Origin: an uncultured Candidatus Saccharibacteria bacterium
Lineage (GTDB): Bacteria; Patescibacteriota; Minisyncoccia; Phycocordibacterales; UBA2100
NCBI GenBank assembly: GCA_964362175.1
Contig: CAYIDD010000001.1
Location: forward strand, 569-64,568
Direction: 5' to 3'
Length of the DNA: 64,000 nucleotides
Within the stretch, counting starts at the first letter, position 1. Every line of letters starts with the position of its first letter. The position numbers and the translations under genes are program-made. A model generated the notes under the pieces. That model had not been told where the DNA came from. It did no database searches and worked only from the letters and a program-made list of their open reading frames with translations. Shown here piece by piece: positions 9,660 through 18,433 of the stretch.

Positions 9660-10922
9660 ATGTCTAAACGCGAAAAAATCCCGACCGAAAACTACAAGGG
9701 TGTCCGCGATTTCTACCCCGACGACCAGTTCGTGCAGCGATATATTTTTGAGCACATGGAGCGCGTATGCGAGCTTTTTGGGTATGAAGAATATAACGCA
9801 TCGATCTTGGAGCCCGCCGAGCTCTATCGCTCCAAAACGAGCGAAGAGATCGTCAACGAACAAACGTACACCTTTACCGATCGCGGAGGCCGCGAAGTAA
9901 CACTGCGTCCCGAAATGACACCGACATTCGCGCGTATGGTGGCGGCGCGGCAGCGGGAGATCCCTTTGCCTGCCCGCTGGTACACGATTGCCAACGTCTT
10001 TCGTTATGAACGACCGCAAAAGGGCCGTCTGCGCGAGCACTGGCAGCTCAATGCCGATATCGTGGGCGTTGAGGGCGTTGAGGCCGATGCAGAAATAATC
10101 GCCATCGCTCACGGCATCATGCGCTCGCTCGGCGCAGATGAACGCAATTTCGAGATCCGCGTATCGGATCGCCGCATCCTTGACGCAATATACAATTCGG
10201 TCGGTATCGCCAAGGAATATGCGGGTAACGTGACGCGACTCCTCGACCGCCGTGCAAAGATAGACGACTTTGAAAAAGAACTCACCACGCTCATCGCGCA
10301 CGAAGAAAAAGCGGTAAAGCTTATCGAAGAGTTGGAAAACATAACCTCGACCGCATATTTGGAAGAGCTCCGCACGACGCTCGAACACATGGGGGTACGC
10401 AATATGGTCGTCGATACCTCCATCACGCGCGGATTCGACTACTACACGGGCATGGTGTTCGAGGTTTTTGACACGGACGAGAGCAATCGCCGGTCGCTTT
10501 TTGGCGGGGGACGGTATGATAATTTACTTTCCCTCTTCGGCAGCGAGCCGATCCCCGCGGTCGGATTTGGTATGGGCGACGTGACCGCGCGCGACTTCCT
10601 TGAAACACACAATCTTCTGCCCACGTATGCTCCCGCTACCGAGCTCATGATCTGTATCATCGAAAAAGATGCGACATCGCACGCCGTGCAGCTCGCGCAA
10701 AGCCTGCGCCGTGAAGATGTGACGGTCGCCGTCAACTTCTCCGGCAAACGCATCGGCGACCAGATACGACAGGCCGACAAGATGAAAGTGCCGTTCGTCA
10801 TCGCGATCGGTGCCCAAGAGCGCGATTCGGGTCGCTATACCATCAAGAATCTCGCGACCGCCGCGGAGATCACGCTTCCCGCAGACCGTATAGCGGAGCA
10901 CTTGTTCTCCTCGCTCGGCTGA
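9660..10922 (+). CDS. hisS: histidine--tRNA ligase
   Basis: class II aaRS motifs (GVRDFYPDD, RYERPQKGRLREHWQ, GGGRYD) and a C-terminal anticodon-binding domain. Confidence 0.9.
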   Translation: MSKREKIPTENYKGVRDFYPDDQFVQRYIFEHMERVCELFGYEEYNASILEPAELYRSKTSEEIVNEQTYTFTDRGGREVTLRPEMTPTFARMVAARQREIPLPARWYTIANVFRYERPQKGRLREHWQLNADIVGVEGVEADAEIIAIAHGIMRSLGADERNFEIRVSDRRILDAIYNSVGIAKEYAGNVTRLLDRRAKIDDFEKELTTLIAHEEKAVKLIEELENITSTAYLEELRTTLEHMGVRNMVVDTSITRGFDYYTGMVFEVFDTDESNRRSLFGGGRYDNLLSLFGSEPIPAVGFGMGDVTARDFLETHNLLPTYAPATELMICIIEKDATSHAVQLAQSLRREDVTVAVNFSGKRIGDQIRQADKMKVPFVIAIGAQERDSGRYTIKNLATAAEITLPADRIAEHLFSSLG

Positions 10923-10923
10923 T

Positions 10924-12177
10924 ATGCGCGGATCGGAGCGATACGAGGCGCGCCCCGAAAAGACCCGCGAGACACCGCCAGAGGCCCTCTGGATACGATA
11001 CGCCGACATCCGCGCAAGGGGCGAAGAGGACAGCGACCTTGACCCGGAGGACTTCCGGCAACTCATCGAGTGCGAAATGATGCTGTCGTTGCAGGAAAAT
11101 CCGCCGATACAGGGAATATTTGATCCCGAGCAGGAATTGGAAAAGGTGCGCAAGCTCCCCCACGGGGAAAAAGTGGTGGCTCTGGAGCTCTTCAAAGACA
11201 CGCTCGTGCGACAGCGGCACGCCTATATGCAATGCCGATTGTTCGTCGAACGCACTATTACGTACGATCCCGATACGAGTCCGGAACAATTAATGAAGAT
11301 CGGGGATTTTTTCGCAGAACAGTATGGTTTTTCCGATCTTGCAAAAGACGTGGTGCGGGACCTCATTGAAGAGTACGGCCTGCGTCACAAAAAGACACGC
11401 GAATTCCGCGAGAAACACCCCGATGATGTAGATATCATAAAGGAATTGAGTGGCGTACAAGTAGAGCCGGGTACCGCAGTAGTAAGCGAGGGACCATTGA
11501 GCATCGACATCGTCGCAGATCGCGCCACCGCGAACAGACTCTACGCCCGGAATGATAGGGGGGGCGGATCGGGTAGAGCATTTCTTGGATTTCAGGGTAT
11601 TGATGAGAAAAACGAGATGTATTTCACCGTCGCGGCCTCCGATGCGGAGGACCCGGACAATGTCCGTACTCACGAACAAGAACACGTAAAGAATAAGGTC
11701 TTGCGCGGGTTCTTCGACCTCGACGATGGCCAGATCGACGCATGGCGCAATCTTCGCGTTCGGATACGCAACGAAACAGACCCGGAGGTGCGGGCCGCAC
11801 TGCGCACAGAAGAATTGCGGATAGTCCGCGACGAAGCGCTCGACAAGGCGAAAGACGAGCTTACCGCGATGTTCAAAGACGGAAAGTCGTCGTATTTTTA
11901 TCGGTTTGCCGCGAAAGACGGGAGTAGTTACGACTATCTCAAAGACGAGCGCGACAGGTACTATCAGGATACCGATTATGCCGAGCCTGCGCACGAAATC
12001 CTCGTCGGGGAGTACGAATACATCATCGAAAACGCGATATCCGCGTTCAAAGAATTGCGTAGAACGGGAAACCTTACGGTCGGTGCCGCGATAGCCTTCC
12101 TGACCGATGTGCCCCTGGACCAATGGCCAAGTACCGCGAGGCACCTCAGTGAGAACGTGTATAAGTATGCTCGATGA
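10924..12177 (+). CDS. hypothetical acidic protein (417 aa), contains HEQEH motif
   Basis: long ORF tightly packed between hisS and the exonuclease gene. No recognisable family by eye. Confidence 0.5.
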   Translation: MRGSERYEARPEKTRETPPEALWIRYADIRARGEEDSDLDPEDFRQLIECEMMLSLQENPPIQGIFDPEQELEKVRKLPHGEKVVALELFKDTLVRQRHAYMQCRLFVERTITYDPDTSPEQLMKIGDFFAEQYGFSDLAKDVVRDLIEEYGLRHKKTREFREKHPDDVDIIKELSGVQVEPGTAVVSEGPLSIDIVADRATANRLYARNDRGGGSGRAFLGFQGIDEKNEMYFTVAASDAEDPDNVRTHEQEHVKNKVLRGFFDLDDGQIDAWRNLRVRIRNETDPEVRAALRTEELRIVRDEALDKAKDELTAMFKDGKSSYFYRFAAKDGSSYDYLKDERDRYYQDTDYAEPAHEILVGEYEYIIENAISAFKELRRTGNLTVGAAIAFLTDVPLDQWPSTARHLSENVYKYAR

Positions 12178-12776
12178 GCGAGGTGATATACTCGATCCCG
12201 ATGCGTACCGTAGTTTTTGATATCGAGACTGCTAATTGGATGTCGGATACCGGCACATCCGATCCGGCCGATCTCACTATCGCCATTGTCGGCGCGTACG
12301 ATTCTGGAACGGACAGCTATTCGAGCTACCTCGAACACGAACTGCATCAGCTATGGAACATTCTTGAGCGCACGGATGTCCTCGTCGGCTACAATTCCGA
12401 CCACTTCGATATCCCACTTTTGAATAAATACTATCCTGGCGATCTTACCCGCATCAAGAGCATCGACCTTATGAAAGAAGTTTACACATCGCTCGGTCGG
12501 CGGCTGAAGCTCGATACGATTGCCGAAGCAACACTCGGCGAAAAGAAAAGTGCGAGCGGATCCCAATCCCTCCAGTGGTGGCGTGCGGGAGAGATCGAAA
12601 AGGTGCGCGCCTACTGCCTCAAAGATGTGGAAATTACGAAAAAGATATTCGATCACGCACTTCAGAATGGCTCCATCAAGTACAAAGACCTCGGAAAAGT
12701 CCGTGAAGTCAAACTCGACACGAAAAACTGGCTTGCAAAAAGCGGAGGAGCTATGACCTACACGCTCGGGCTCTAG
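12174..12776 (+). CDS. DEDDh-type 3'-5' exonuclease (RNase T/DnaQ-like fold)
   Basis: VFDIETA (Exo I), YNSDHFDIPLL (Exo II), YCLKDVE (Exo III). Start overlaps the upstream stop (ATGA). Confidence 0.65.
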   Translation: MSEVIYSIPMRTVVFDIETANWMSDTGTSDPADLTIAIVGAYDSGTDSYSSYLEHELHQLWNILERTDVLVGYNSDHFDIPLLNKYYPGDLTRIKSIDLMKEVYTSLGRRLKLDTIAEATLGEKKSASGSQSLQWWRAGEIEKVRAYCLKDVEITKKIFDHALQNGSIKYKDLGKVREVKLDTKNWLAKSGGAMTYTLGL

Positions 12777-12794
12777 TGCTGGGGACAGGGGCGC

Positions 12795-12814
12795 CGGGAA
12801 ACTCCCGTTTCCCG
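12795..12814. repeat. GGGAAAC..GTTTCCC palindromic hairpin (tRNA-trailer family member)
   Basis: cgggaaac tccc gtttcccg; lies ~95 nt 3' of tRNA-Phe on the minus strand. Confidence 0.6.
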
Positions 12815-12907
12815 ACTACCCCAAGGGTACTGCGGTTTGTAGCTGCGCGGGCGCAGACAAACCGGGAGCCTTTCCCATTCCGGCCCCGATCACTTCACTT
12901 CGTCCAG

Positions 12908-12980
12908 TGCTTGGGGCCGGGATCGAACCGGCGACCCTTCCCTCTTCAGGGGAATGCTCTACCAACTGAGCTACCCAAGC
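12908..12980 (-). tRNA. tRNA-Phe (GAA)
   Basis: cloverleaf folds by hand: acceptor GCTTGGG/CCCAAGC, anticodon loop CTGAAGA, T-loop TTCGATC. No encoded CCA. Confidence 0.8.
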
Positions 12981-13032
12981 AGATGCGCGACTTAATCGCT
13001 CAGCCACTTTACCACATCACGACCCTCTCTTT

Positions 13033-13422
13033 CTACTGCGTCGTCGAGGTCGACGCCTGCATGAACGCCGGTAGTTTGGACCGAAATTCTTCCCATGTTT
13101 TTTGAAAACTGCCGAGCTGCACCTGCGCTTTTGTGCCCGTCGCCTGTACCTGATCCACCGCCTTCAGCATTTGCTGCATAGTGCCGTTCAGGTACGTCAT
13201 GTAGAACCAAATGGGAGCGAGCAAAAAGAAGCCGTACACGAGCAATTTGAAAAGTCCGCCCCAAAGCGCGTGGCGTCGCATCGCGTGGAGCATTTTGTTG
13301 TTCTCCCGCACGAGCCGTGCAATTTCTTGCTGTTGTCCTTGAATAGGGTTCAGGTCCACAGCAGCATTGTACCAGCTTTTCGCTATCCCAGAGCACGCAT
13401 GTAGGGATAAACCACAGACCAT
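13033..13422 (-). CDS. hypothetical small membrane protein (start uncertain)
   Basis: ORF with two hydrophobic helices. Overlaps the neighbouring ORF by 40 nt, so the true start is probably an internal Met. Confidence 0.35.
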   Translation of the reverse strand: MVCGLSLHACSGIAKSWYNAAVDLNPIQGQQQEIARLVRENNKMLHAMRRHALWGGLFKLLVYGFFLLAPIWFYMTYLNGTMQQMLKAVDQVQATGTKAQVQLGSFQKTWEEFRSKLPAFMQASTSTTQ

Positions 13423-14075
13423 GAACTGCCAAAACCGAGCGCGTACAAATATTCCTCAAGAGGAATACCGAGGGGCACGACACCGCTGATATTTTCTAAA
13501 TTATAGTGAACCGTGACGAATGTCGGGAAGAAAAACAAAAAGATAGAATACAGACCGATGTACAAGACGAGGAATGAGGCTCCGCTCACCAGCGAACGCC
13601 GTATGAGGTCGGGTCGCTGGAGCCATATGACGAATGCTCCGACAAATCCAAAAATAATGAGTGAGTATATGAGGTTTACCCCCGTCAGCGAGACGAGCGC
13701 CGCCGCTACAATACCGAGGGGAATGGATAATTTCGCGCCCGAACGAATAGACGCACTCGGTGGAGGTACTCGCATAATGAGCTCATACATGACGGCCACG
13801 ATCCCCCCGAAAAACAACATGAAAAGCACGTCTTCGATACTAAACCCGCCGGTTATGTAGTTCAGGTCGAATAGCGTATCGGGCGTCCAATACCCCGGAT
13901 TTATCGCTTGGTATTCGGGTATATTTTTGAACAACTTCACCGCAAAAAATCCGACGGTCATTACAGCCGCATACAACCCCCCGGCCCACAGCATTTGATA
14001 TCGGAGGTCCTTTCTCAAAATCAAACAAGCGACCCAGAGCACTCCAACGACAAGTGAGCCGATAAGGTATTCCAT
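13383..14075 (-). CDS. polytopic membrane protein (6-7 TM), unknown family
   Basis: 230 aa, strongly hydrophobic throughout. Confidence 0.5.
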   Translation of the reverse strand: MEYLIGSLVVGVLWVACLILRKDLRYQMLWAGGLYAAVMTVGFFAVKLFKNIPEYQAINPGYWTPDTLFDLNYITGGFSIEDVLFMLFFGGIVAVMYELIMRVPPPSASIRSGAKLSIPLGIVAAALVSLTGVNLIYSLIIFGFVGAFVIWLQRPDLIRRSLVSGASFLVLYIGLYSIFLFFFPTFVTVHYNLENISGVVPLGIPLEEYLYALGFGSSWSVVYPYMRALG

Positions 14076-14117
14076 GGATAAATTATACCCGAAACATCTC
14101 CTTGCCCTTCGCCTACT

Positions 14118-14137
14118 GGGAAACCCGCGGTTTTCCC
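14118..14137. repeat. GGGAAAC..GTTTTCCC palindromic hairpin
   Basis: gggaaacccgcggttttccc, 3' of tRNA-Arg. Confidence 0.6.
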
Positions 14138-14150
14138 ATTCCTTCCTCCG

Positions 14151-14172
14151 CGGGAAACCAGCTGGTTTCCCG
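14151..14172. repeat. GGGAAAC..GTTTCCC palindromic hairpin
   Basis: cgggaaaccagctggtttcccg, a perfect 22-nt palindrome. Confidence 0.6.
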
Positions 14173-14217
14173 ACCCCTTCTTATGTCGAGGACATTTCGT
14201 TCATTTCGTTCACTCAA

Positions 14218-14289
14218 TGCCCTCGACAGGAATCGAACCCATATCTTTCCCTTAGGACGGGACTGCTCTATCCATTGAGCTACGAGGGC
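14218..14289 (-). tRNA. tRNA-Arg (CCU) (anticodon assignment tentative)
   Basis: acceptor GCCCTCG/CGAGGGC, D-arm GCTCAATGGATAGAGC, T-loop TTCGATT. Anticodon loop reads GTCCTAA. Confidence 0.65.
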
Positions 14290-14322
14290 TCAAAGGCACT
14301 TTATCACAAGCAAGACAACGAA

Positions 14323-14565
14323 TTAGACAGCCAAAAGCTCGCGCAACCTCGCTTCGTCGAAGCCGACGATGAGGTCTTTCCCCACTGTGATGACGGGCAC
14401 GCCCATCTGTCCGCTCTTCTGTATCATCTCTTTGCGCTTTTCGAGATCGGTCCCAACATTGTAGTCCGTGAATGCGACGCTGTTCGCCGCGAAAAAATCT
14501 TTTGCCATGTGGCAGAAGTGGCAGGTAGGGGTCGAATAAATGGTAACGGGTACTTTGTTCGCCAT
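14323..14565 (-). CDS. glutaredoxin/NrdH-like redoxin
   Basis: 80 aa, CHFC active site, thioredoxin-fold pattern (VTIYSTPTCHFC ... GVPVI). Confidence 0.75.
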   Translation of the reverse strand: MANKVPVTIYSTPTCHFCHMAKDFFAANSVAFTDYNVGTDLEKRKEMIQKSGQMGVPVITVGKDLIVGFDEARLRELLAV

Positions 14566-14606
14566 ACGGGTTCTTGAAATTGATTGGTTAAAGGATTAGT
14601 AGTATA

Positions 14607-15209
14607 TCACGCGGATATGGTAGCTCTTCCCACCTTGAGGGTTTTTCCCCACCACAGAAGCTGTTTGAGCATTCCCCCTGCGCTTTCGACGTATGGATCG
14701 AGTACTCCCGTCTTGAGCTCATTCTTTTCATCCACAAGCATCCACGGTGCTTGGATATGCACCGCCTGGCGGATGGGGGCCATCTGAAGCTCCACCGCGA
14801 CTCCCCGCAGCTGCTCCACGGAGCGCCCGCCACCGACGCTGCCGTAGCTCACGAACGCGACGGGCTTGTTGTTCCACGGCGCATAGACGTAATCGAGCGC
14901 GTTCTTGAGGACGGCCGAATACCCGTGATTATATTCCGGAGCAACGATGAGAAAGGCATCCCCCTCTTCGATCTTGCGTCCCCATGCGTTCACTGTCTCG
15001 TTCTTATATTCGCCGACTTTCAGTTGTGAGGGCGACATCGACTCTTCGTAATACGGCAGCAGGTAGTCGCGCAGATCGAGCACCTCAACGGCAAATTCGG
15101 GTCGGCTCTTCGCCAACCCCGTGATCCATGCTCCAGCTTTCTCGCTAAAGCGCTTGGGGCGTGTGCTACCGAGAATGATCTTGAGCCGAATGGCGCCGTT
15201 TTTTTCCAT
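14607..15209 (-). CDS. NADPH-dependent FMN reductase
   Basis: LKIILGSTRP..RFSEKAG ... N-terminal flavodoxin-like pattern. Start taken at MEKNGAIRLKII. Confidence 0.65.
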   Translation of the reverse strand: MEKNGAIRLKIILGSTRPKRFSEKAGAWITGLAKSRPEFAVEVLDLRDYLLPYYEESMSPSQLKVGEYKNETVNAWGRKIEEGDAFLIVAPEYNHGYSAVLKNALDYVYAPWNNKPVAFVSYGSVGGGRSVEQLRGVAVELQMAPIRQAVHIQAPWMLVDEKNELKTGVLDPYVESAGGMLKQLLWWGKTLKVGRATISA

Positions 15210-15268
15210 AGGAATGCTGTTGAAGACGGATAATGCACTCATTGTAACCGAGTGCTTTACTTTGTAAA

Positions 15269-15607
15269 GTGGATAAATGGGTGGTATCATTATCCACAAT
15301 GCTTCGGACAGCACGTCAACGGAAAGAACTCTGCAAAGAATGCCCCGTCGCGCGCGTGGCAAACCTCTTGGGTGACTCATGTTCCCTTCTCATCGTACGA
15401 GACCTGATGGAGAGTCCGCGCCGCTTTGGCGAGATACAAGCATCACTCTCAGGTATAAGTACCCGCACACTCACCAATAAGCTTCGGCAACTGGAAAAAG
15501 AAACGCTGATACGGAGGAAAGACCTCAAATACACGTTGACGAAAAAAGGCGCCGCCTTGCAGGAGATCATCGACGCAATGCGCTCGTACGGCAAGAAATA
15601 TCTTTAA
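15269..15607 (+). CDS. HxlR-family winged-helix transcriptional regulator
   Basis: CPVARVANLLGDSCSLLIVRDL..PRRFGEI...GISTRTLTNKLRQLE is the HxlR signature. Divergent from the FMN reductase gene. Confidence 0.75.
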   Translation: MDKWVVSLSTMLRTARQRKELCKECPVARVANLLGDSCSLLIVRDLMESPRRFGEIQASLSGISTRTLTNKLRQLEKETLIRRKDLKYTLTKKGAALQEIIDAMRSYGKKYL

Positions 15608-15651
15608 ACGGTGCGGGTAACGCCACGGGCTAGACCGCACATGAAAGGGGT

Positions 15652-15673
15652 CGGGAAAACAATTGTTTTCCCG
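15652..15673. repeat. GGGAAAAC..GTTTTCCC palindromic hairpin
   Basis: cgggaaaacaattgttttcccg, a perfect 22-nt palindrome 3' of tRNA-Gly. Confidence 0.6.
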
Positions 15674-15701
15674 TAGAGGAAGGCAGCTCACAACGTGAGC
15701 G

Positions 15702-15723
15702 TTGGAAAACCGTGGGTTTCCAA
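15702..15723. repeat. GGAAAAC..GGTTTCC near-palindromic hairpin
   Basis: ttggaaaaccgtgggtttccaa, immediately 3' of tRNA-Gly. Confidence 0.5.
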
Positions 15724-15727
15724 GAGG

Positions 15728-15798
15728 TGCGGGTACGGAGAATCGAACTCCGATCTAATGCTTGGGAAGCATTCGTTCTGCCACTAAACTATACCCGC
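15728..15798 (-). tRNA. tRNA-Gly (CCC)
   Basis: acceptor GCGGGTA/TACCCGC, anticodon loop TTCCCAA, T-loop TTCGATT. Confidence 0.8.
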
Positions 15799-15848
15799 TT
15801 TGCTGGTTGCACAACAAAATCTAACAGAATTTCCTACCTCAAGCGAGT

Positions 15849-15940
15849 GCGACAGTGACTTGAAGAGTCTCCCGGAGCCGAAGAGGCGAGGATTAAGGAT
15901 CTTTCAGCAGAAAAATCCGGGCTCTGCGAGTCACTGTCGC
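15849..15940 (-). ncRNA. conserved three-stem structured element, copy 1 (unknown function; terminator/insulator or small RNA)
   Basis: 12-bp outer stem gcgacagtgact/agtcactgtcgc encloses a gcc-GAAGA-ggc hairpin and a ggatcttt-CAGCAG-aaaaatcc hairpin. Sits between the ftsB-like stop and tRNA-Gly. Strand assigned from flanking gene orientation only. Confidence 0.45.
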
Positions 15941-15951
15941 CGAGCCCCCCT

Positions 15952-16323
15952 TTACCACCACAAAAACGCACCCCGTATCTTATCAAAGACGGTAGAAGTA
16001 GCCTGCGTGGGCGTCGCCACCGGCTGATCTACGATGACGATGAGTTTCTCGCCTCTCGCTGCAAGTGCGTATTGCTCACGTAGTACCGCCTCAACACCTC
16101 TATCGGTCTGCAGATCGGCGATGTCCTCGTTCAGCTGATCCCGTCGATCTGTGTAGTCTTTCAACTGCGTTTCCGCCTCGATACGAAGTGCCATTGACTC
16201 CCCCTCTTTCCGGTATGCGTTCCACATTCCGAAGGCAAGCACCGAGACCAGCGCAAAGAGCCCAAGCATGAGGAGTCTCCTCCCGAAAACCCGCACTGGG
16301 TCATTCCGTTGCCTGATCGCCAT
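15952..16323 (-). CDS. septum formation initiator (FtsB/DivIC-like)
   Basis: N-terminal TM helix followed by a coiled coil (LRIEAETQLKDYTDRRDQLNEDIADLQ). Start probably at MMAIRQ. Confidence 0.55.
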   Translation of the reverse strand: MAIRQRNDPVRVFGRRLLMLGLFALVSVLAFGMWNAYRKEGESMALRIEAETQLKDYTDRRDQLNEDIADLQTDRGVEAVLREQYALAARGEKLIVIVDQPVATPTQATSTVFDKIRGAFLWW

Positions 16324-16349
16324 CATAGGATATAATCCTACCATTCGTT

Positions 16350-16487
16350 ATGAGTTTCCTTTTTCACAAACGGACCAAGAAGGTCATCAATACCGTTTGG
16401 AGCGTCATCGCCGTGCTCATCATCCTCGGCATGGTCGTGTTCTTTGCGCCAGGACTACCCACGTGGCTCGCAGGCCTCTTCGGCTAA
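16350..16487 (+). CDS. small membrane protein (45 aa)
   Basis: MSFLFHKRTKKVINTVWSVIAVLIILGMVVFFAPGLPTWLAGLFG. TATAAT at 16331. Below the 60-aa cutoff of the ORF track. Confidence 0.35.
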   Translation: MSFLFHKRTKKVINTVWSVIAVLIILGMVVFFAPGLPTWLAGLFG

Positions 16488-16562
16488 CTTTTCCCTCACG
16501 ACCTTCAAAACACCCCGGTACCACAGCGCTTCGCGCTGGCTACGGGGCAGGCCTCGTGCACC

Positions 16563-18353
16563 CTACGTGCCTGCGTCGCGCACTACTTTCAAGAAAACGT
16601 CGTGCGGGATGTCTACTTTTCCCCGCGCGAGCATCTTTTTCTTGCCCCGTTTCTGCTTTTCGCGCAATTTCATCTTTCGCGTGATGTCGCCGCCGTACAG
16701 ATACCCCGTAACGTCCTTGCGCATGGCGGATTTGCGGCGTGACGCAATGATGCGGCCGCCCGCCTTCGCCTGAATTTTCAATTCGAAGAGCTGCCGCGAT
16801 AGGAGCTTTTCCAATTTTTCAACCATCGCCTCCGCTTCGTGCTGGACCCTGCGGCGCGAAACGATACGCGCAAATGCTGGTACGAGTTCTTCGGCGACCA
16901 AAATATCGAGCCGTATCACGTCCGCGGTGCGCATGCCTAAAAGTTCATATGAAAGCGAAGCGAAACCGCTGGAAACACTTTTTAGTTTATCGAAGAACCC
17001 GCGCATCAATTCGCGCAGCGGCATTTCAGAGGCAAGTCGGGTTTTCCCGTCGGGCAGGGTCTCGGTGTCCCCCACGATCGCCTCATGCTCATAAAGAAGT
17101 TGGGTGATATTTCCGAGATATTCGGGGGGTGTGATGACGAACACCTTCGCCCACAGTTCGCGCACTTCTTTTGCTGTTCCGTCGTCGGGAAATCGCGCGG
17201 GGGCGTACACATGTTCAACTTCCCCGTTCGTGCGTACCACCTCATACACCGTGGTGGGCACGGTAACGACGAGCGTGAGCGCGAATTCGCGTCGCAAGCG
17301 CTCCACGACGATCTCAAGATGGAGCATCCCCAAAAAACCGCAACGGAAACCCTTCCCCATGACGCCGGACGATTCCTCTTCGTAAGAAAGTGAGGAGTCG
17401 GAAAGCCGCAGGCGTTCGAGCGATTGCCGCAAAAGCGGGAGGTCGTCCTGACTTTCCGGATACACGCTCGCCCAAATAACGGGAGTGGGGGTACGGTAGC
17501 CAAACAGCGCTTGGCTCGGATTACGTGATGTCGTCACCGTGTCTCCGACCGAGGCGATGCCGGGCTTTTTGATCCCCGTAACCACGTAGCCTATCTCTCC
17601 TTCGACGAGCGCTGGGACTGGTTTTTCCTCAGGCATGAGGACACCGACTTCGAGTGCCGTAAAATCCGCTTTCCCCGCGACGAGTCGCAGAGGATCACCC
17701 TTTGCGATGGACCCCCCGAATATCCGCATGTAGACGATGACGCCCCGATGATCCGAGTAGCCAAAATCGAAAACGAGTGCCTGCACGCCGGATGTTCCGG
17801 ATCGCGGCGGCGGGATCCTCTCAACAATCGCGTTCAACACCGCACCAACGCCCTCACCGGTCTTTCCAGACGCACGCAAAACATCGGACTCGGGACATTT
17901 GAGGAGGAGCGCCAATTCACTCACAATGTCCCCGACGCGTGCATTCGGTGCATCTATTTTCGAGACGATGGGGATGATCTTGAGGTCAAGCTCACGTGCT
18001 ACAGAAAGTACGGAGAGTGTCTGCGCCTCGACACCCTGTGTCGCATCCACCAAAAGCAAGACCCCCTCGACAGCTGAGAGCGCGCGGGAAACTTCGTACG
18101 CAAAATCCACGTGCCCGGGCGTGTCGATCAGGTTGAGGGTGTGCTCGACTCCCTCGTATGCCCAACGCATGCGCACGGGTTGCATCTTGATCGTAATGCC
18201 ACGCTCGCGCTCAAGATCCATCCGATCCAACACCTGTTCCTGCATGCGGCGCGGCTCAATGGTGTGGGTGAGCTCGAGCATCCGATCGGCAAGAGTACTC
18301 TTTCCGTGATCGATATGCGCGATGATAGAAAAATTCCGTATGTGTTCTGTCAT
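16563..18353 (-). CDS. lepA: elongation factor 4 (LepA)
   Basis: NFSIIAHIDHGKSTLADR G-domain, full-length LepA architecture, C-terminal LepA_C. Confidence 0.95.
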   Translation of the reverse strand: MTEHIRNFSIIAHIDHGKSTLADRMLELTHTIEPRRMQEQVLDRMDLERERGITIKMQPVRMRWAYEGVEHTLNLIDTPGHVDFAYEVSRALSAVEGVLLLVDATQGVEAQTLSVLSVARELDLKIIPIVSKIDAPNARVGDIVSELALLLKCPESDVLRASGKTGEGVGAVLNAIVERIPPPRSGTSGVQALVFDFGYSDHRGVIVYMRIFGGSIAKGDPLRLVAGKADFTALEVGVLMPEEKPVPALVEGEIGYVVTGIKKPGIASVGDTVTTSRNPSQALFGYRTPTPVIWASVYPESQDDLPLLRQSLERLRLSDSSLSYEEESSGVMGKGFRCGFLGMLHLEIVVERLRREFALTLVVTVPTTVYEVVRTNGEVEHVYAPARFPDDGTAKEVRELWAKVFVITPPEYLGNITQLLYEHEAIVGDTETLPDGKTRLASEMPLRELMRGFFDKLKSVSSGFASLSYELLGMRTADVIRLDILVAEELVPAFARIVSRRRVQHEAEAMVEKLEKLLSRQLFELKIQAKAGGRIIASRRKSAMRKDVTGYLYGGDITRKMKLREKQKRGKKKMLARGKVDIPHDVFLKVVRDAGT

Positions 18354-18433
18354 ATTATTGCGTCGAGCGAGCGGTATCGCGAAAGCTTGCTTTCATGATC
18401 CGCGAGCGACGACGAAAAAAGTTCCTCATAAAC

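Noticed and set aside
9624-11289. ORFs 9624-10388 (-), 10524-11201 (-), 10870-11289 (-), 11290-12144 (-)
   Set aside because: All are antisense to hisS and the tightly packed downstream genes. No independent support.
12776-13105. 109-aa ORF on plus strand
   Set aside because: It spans tRNA-Phe and its trailer hairpin, so coding is not plausible.
14074-14577. 167-aa ORF on plus strand
   Set aside because: It covers tRNA-Arg and is antisense to the NrdH-like gene.
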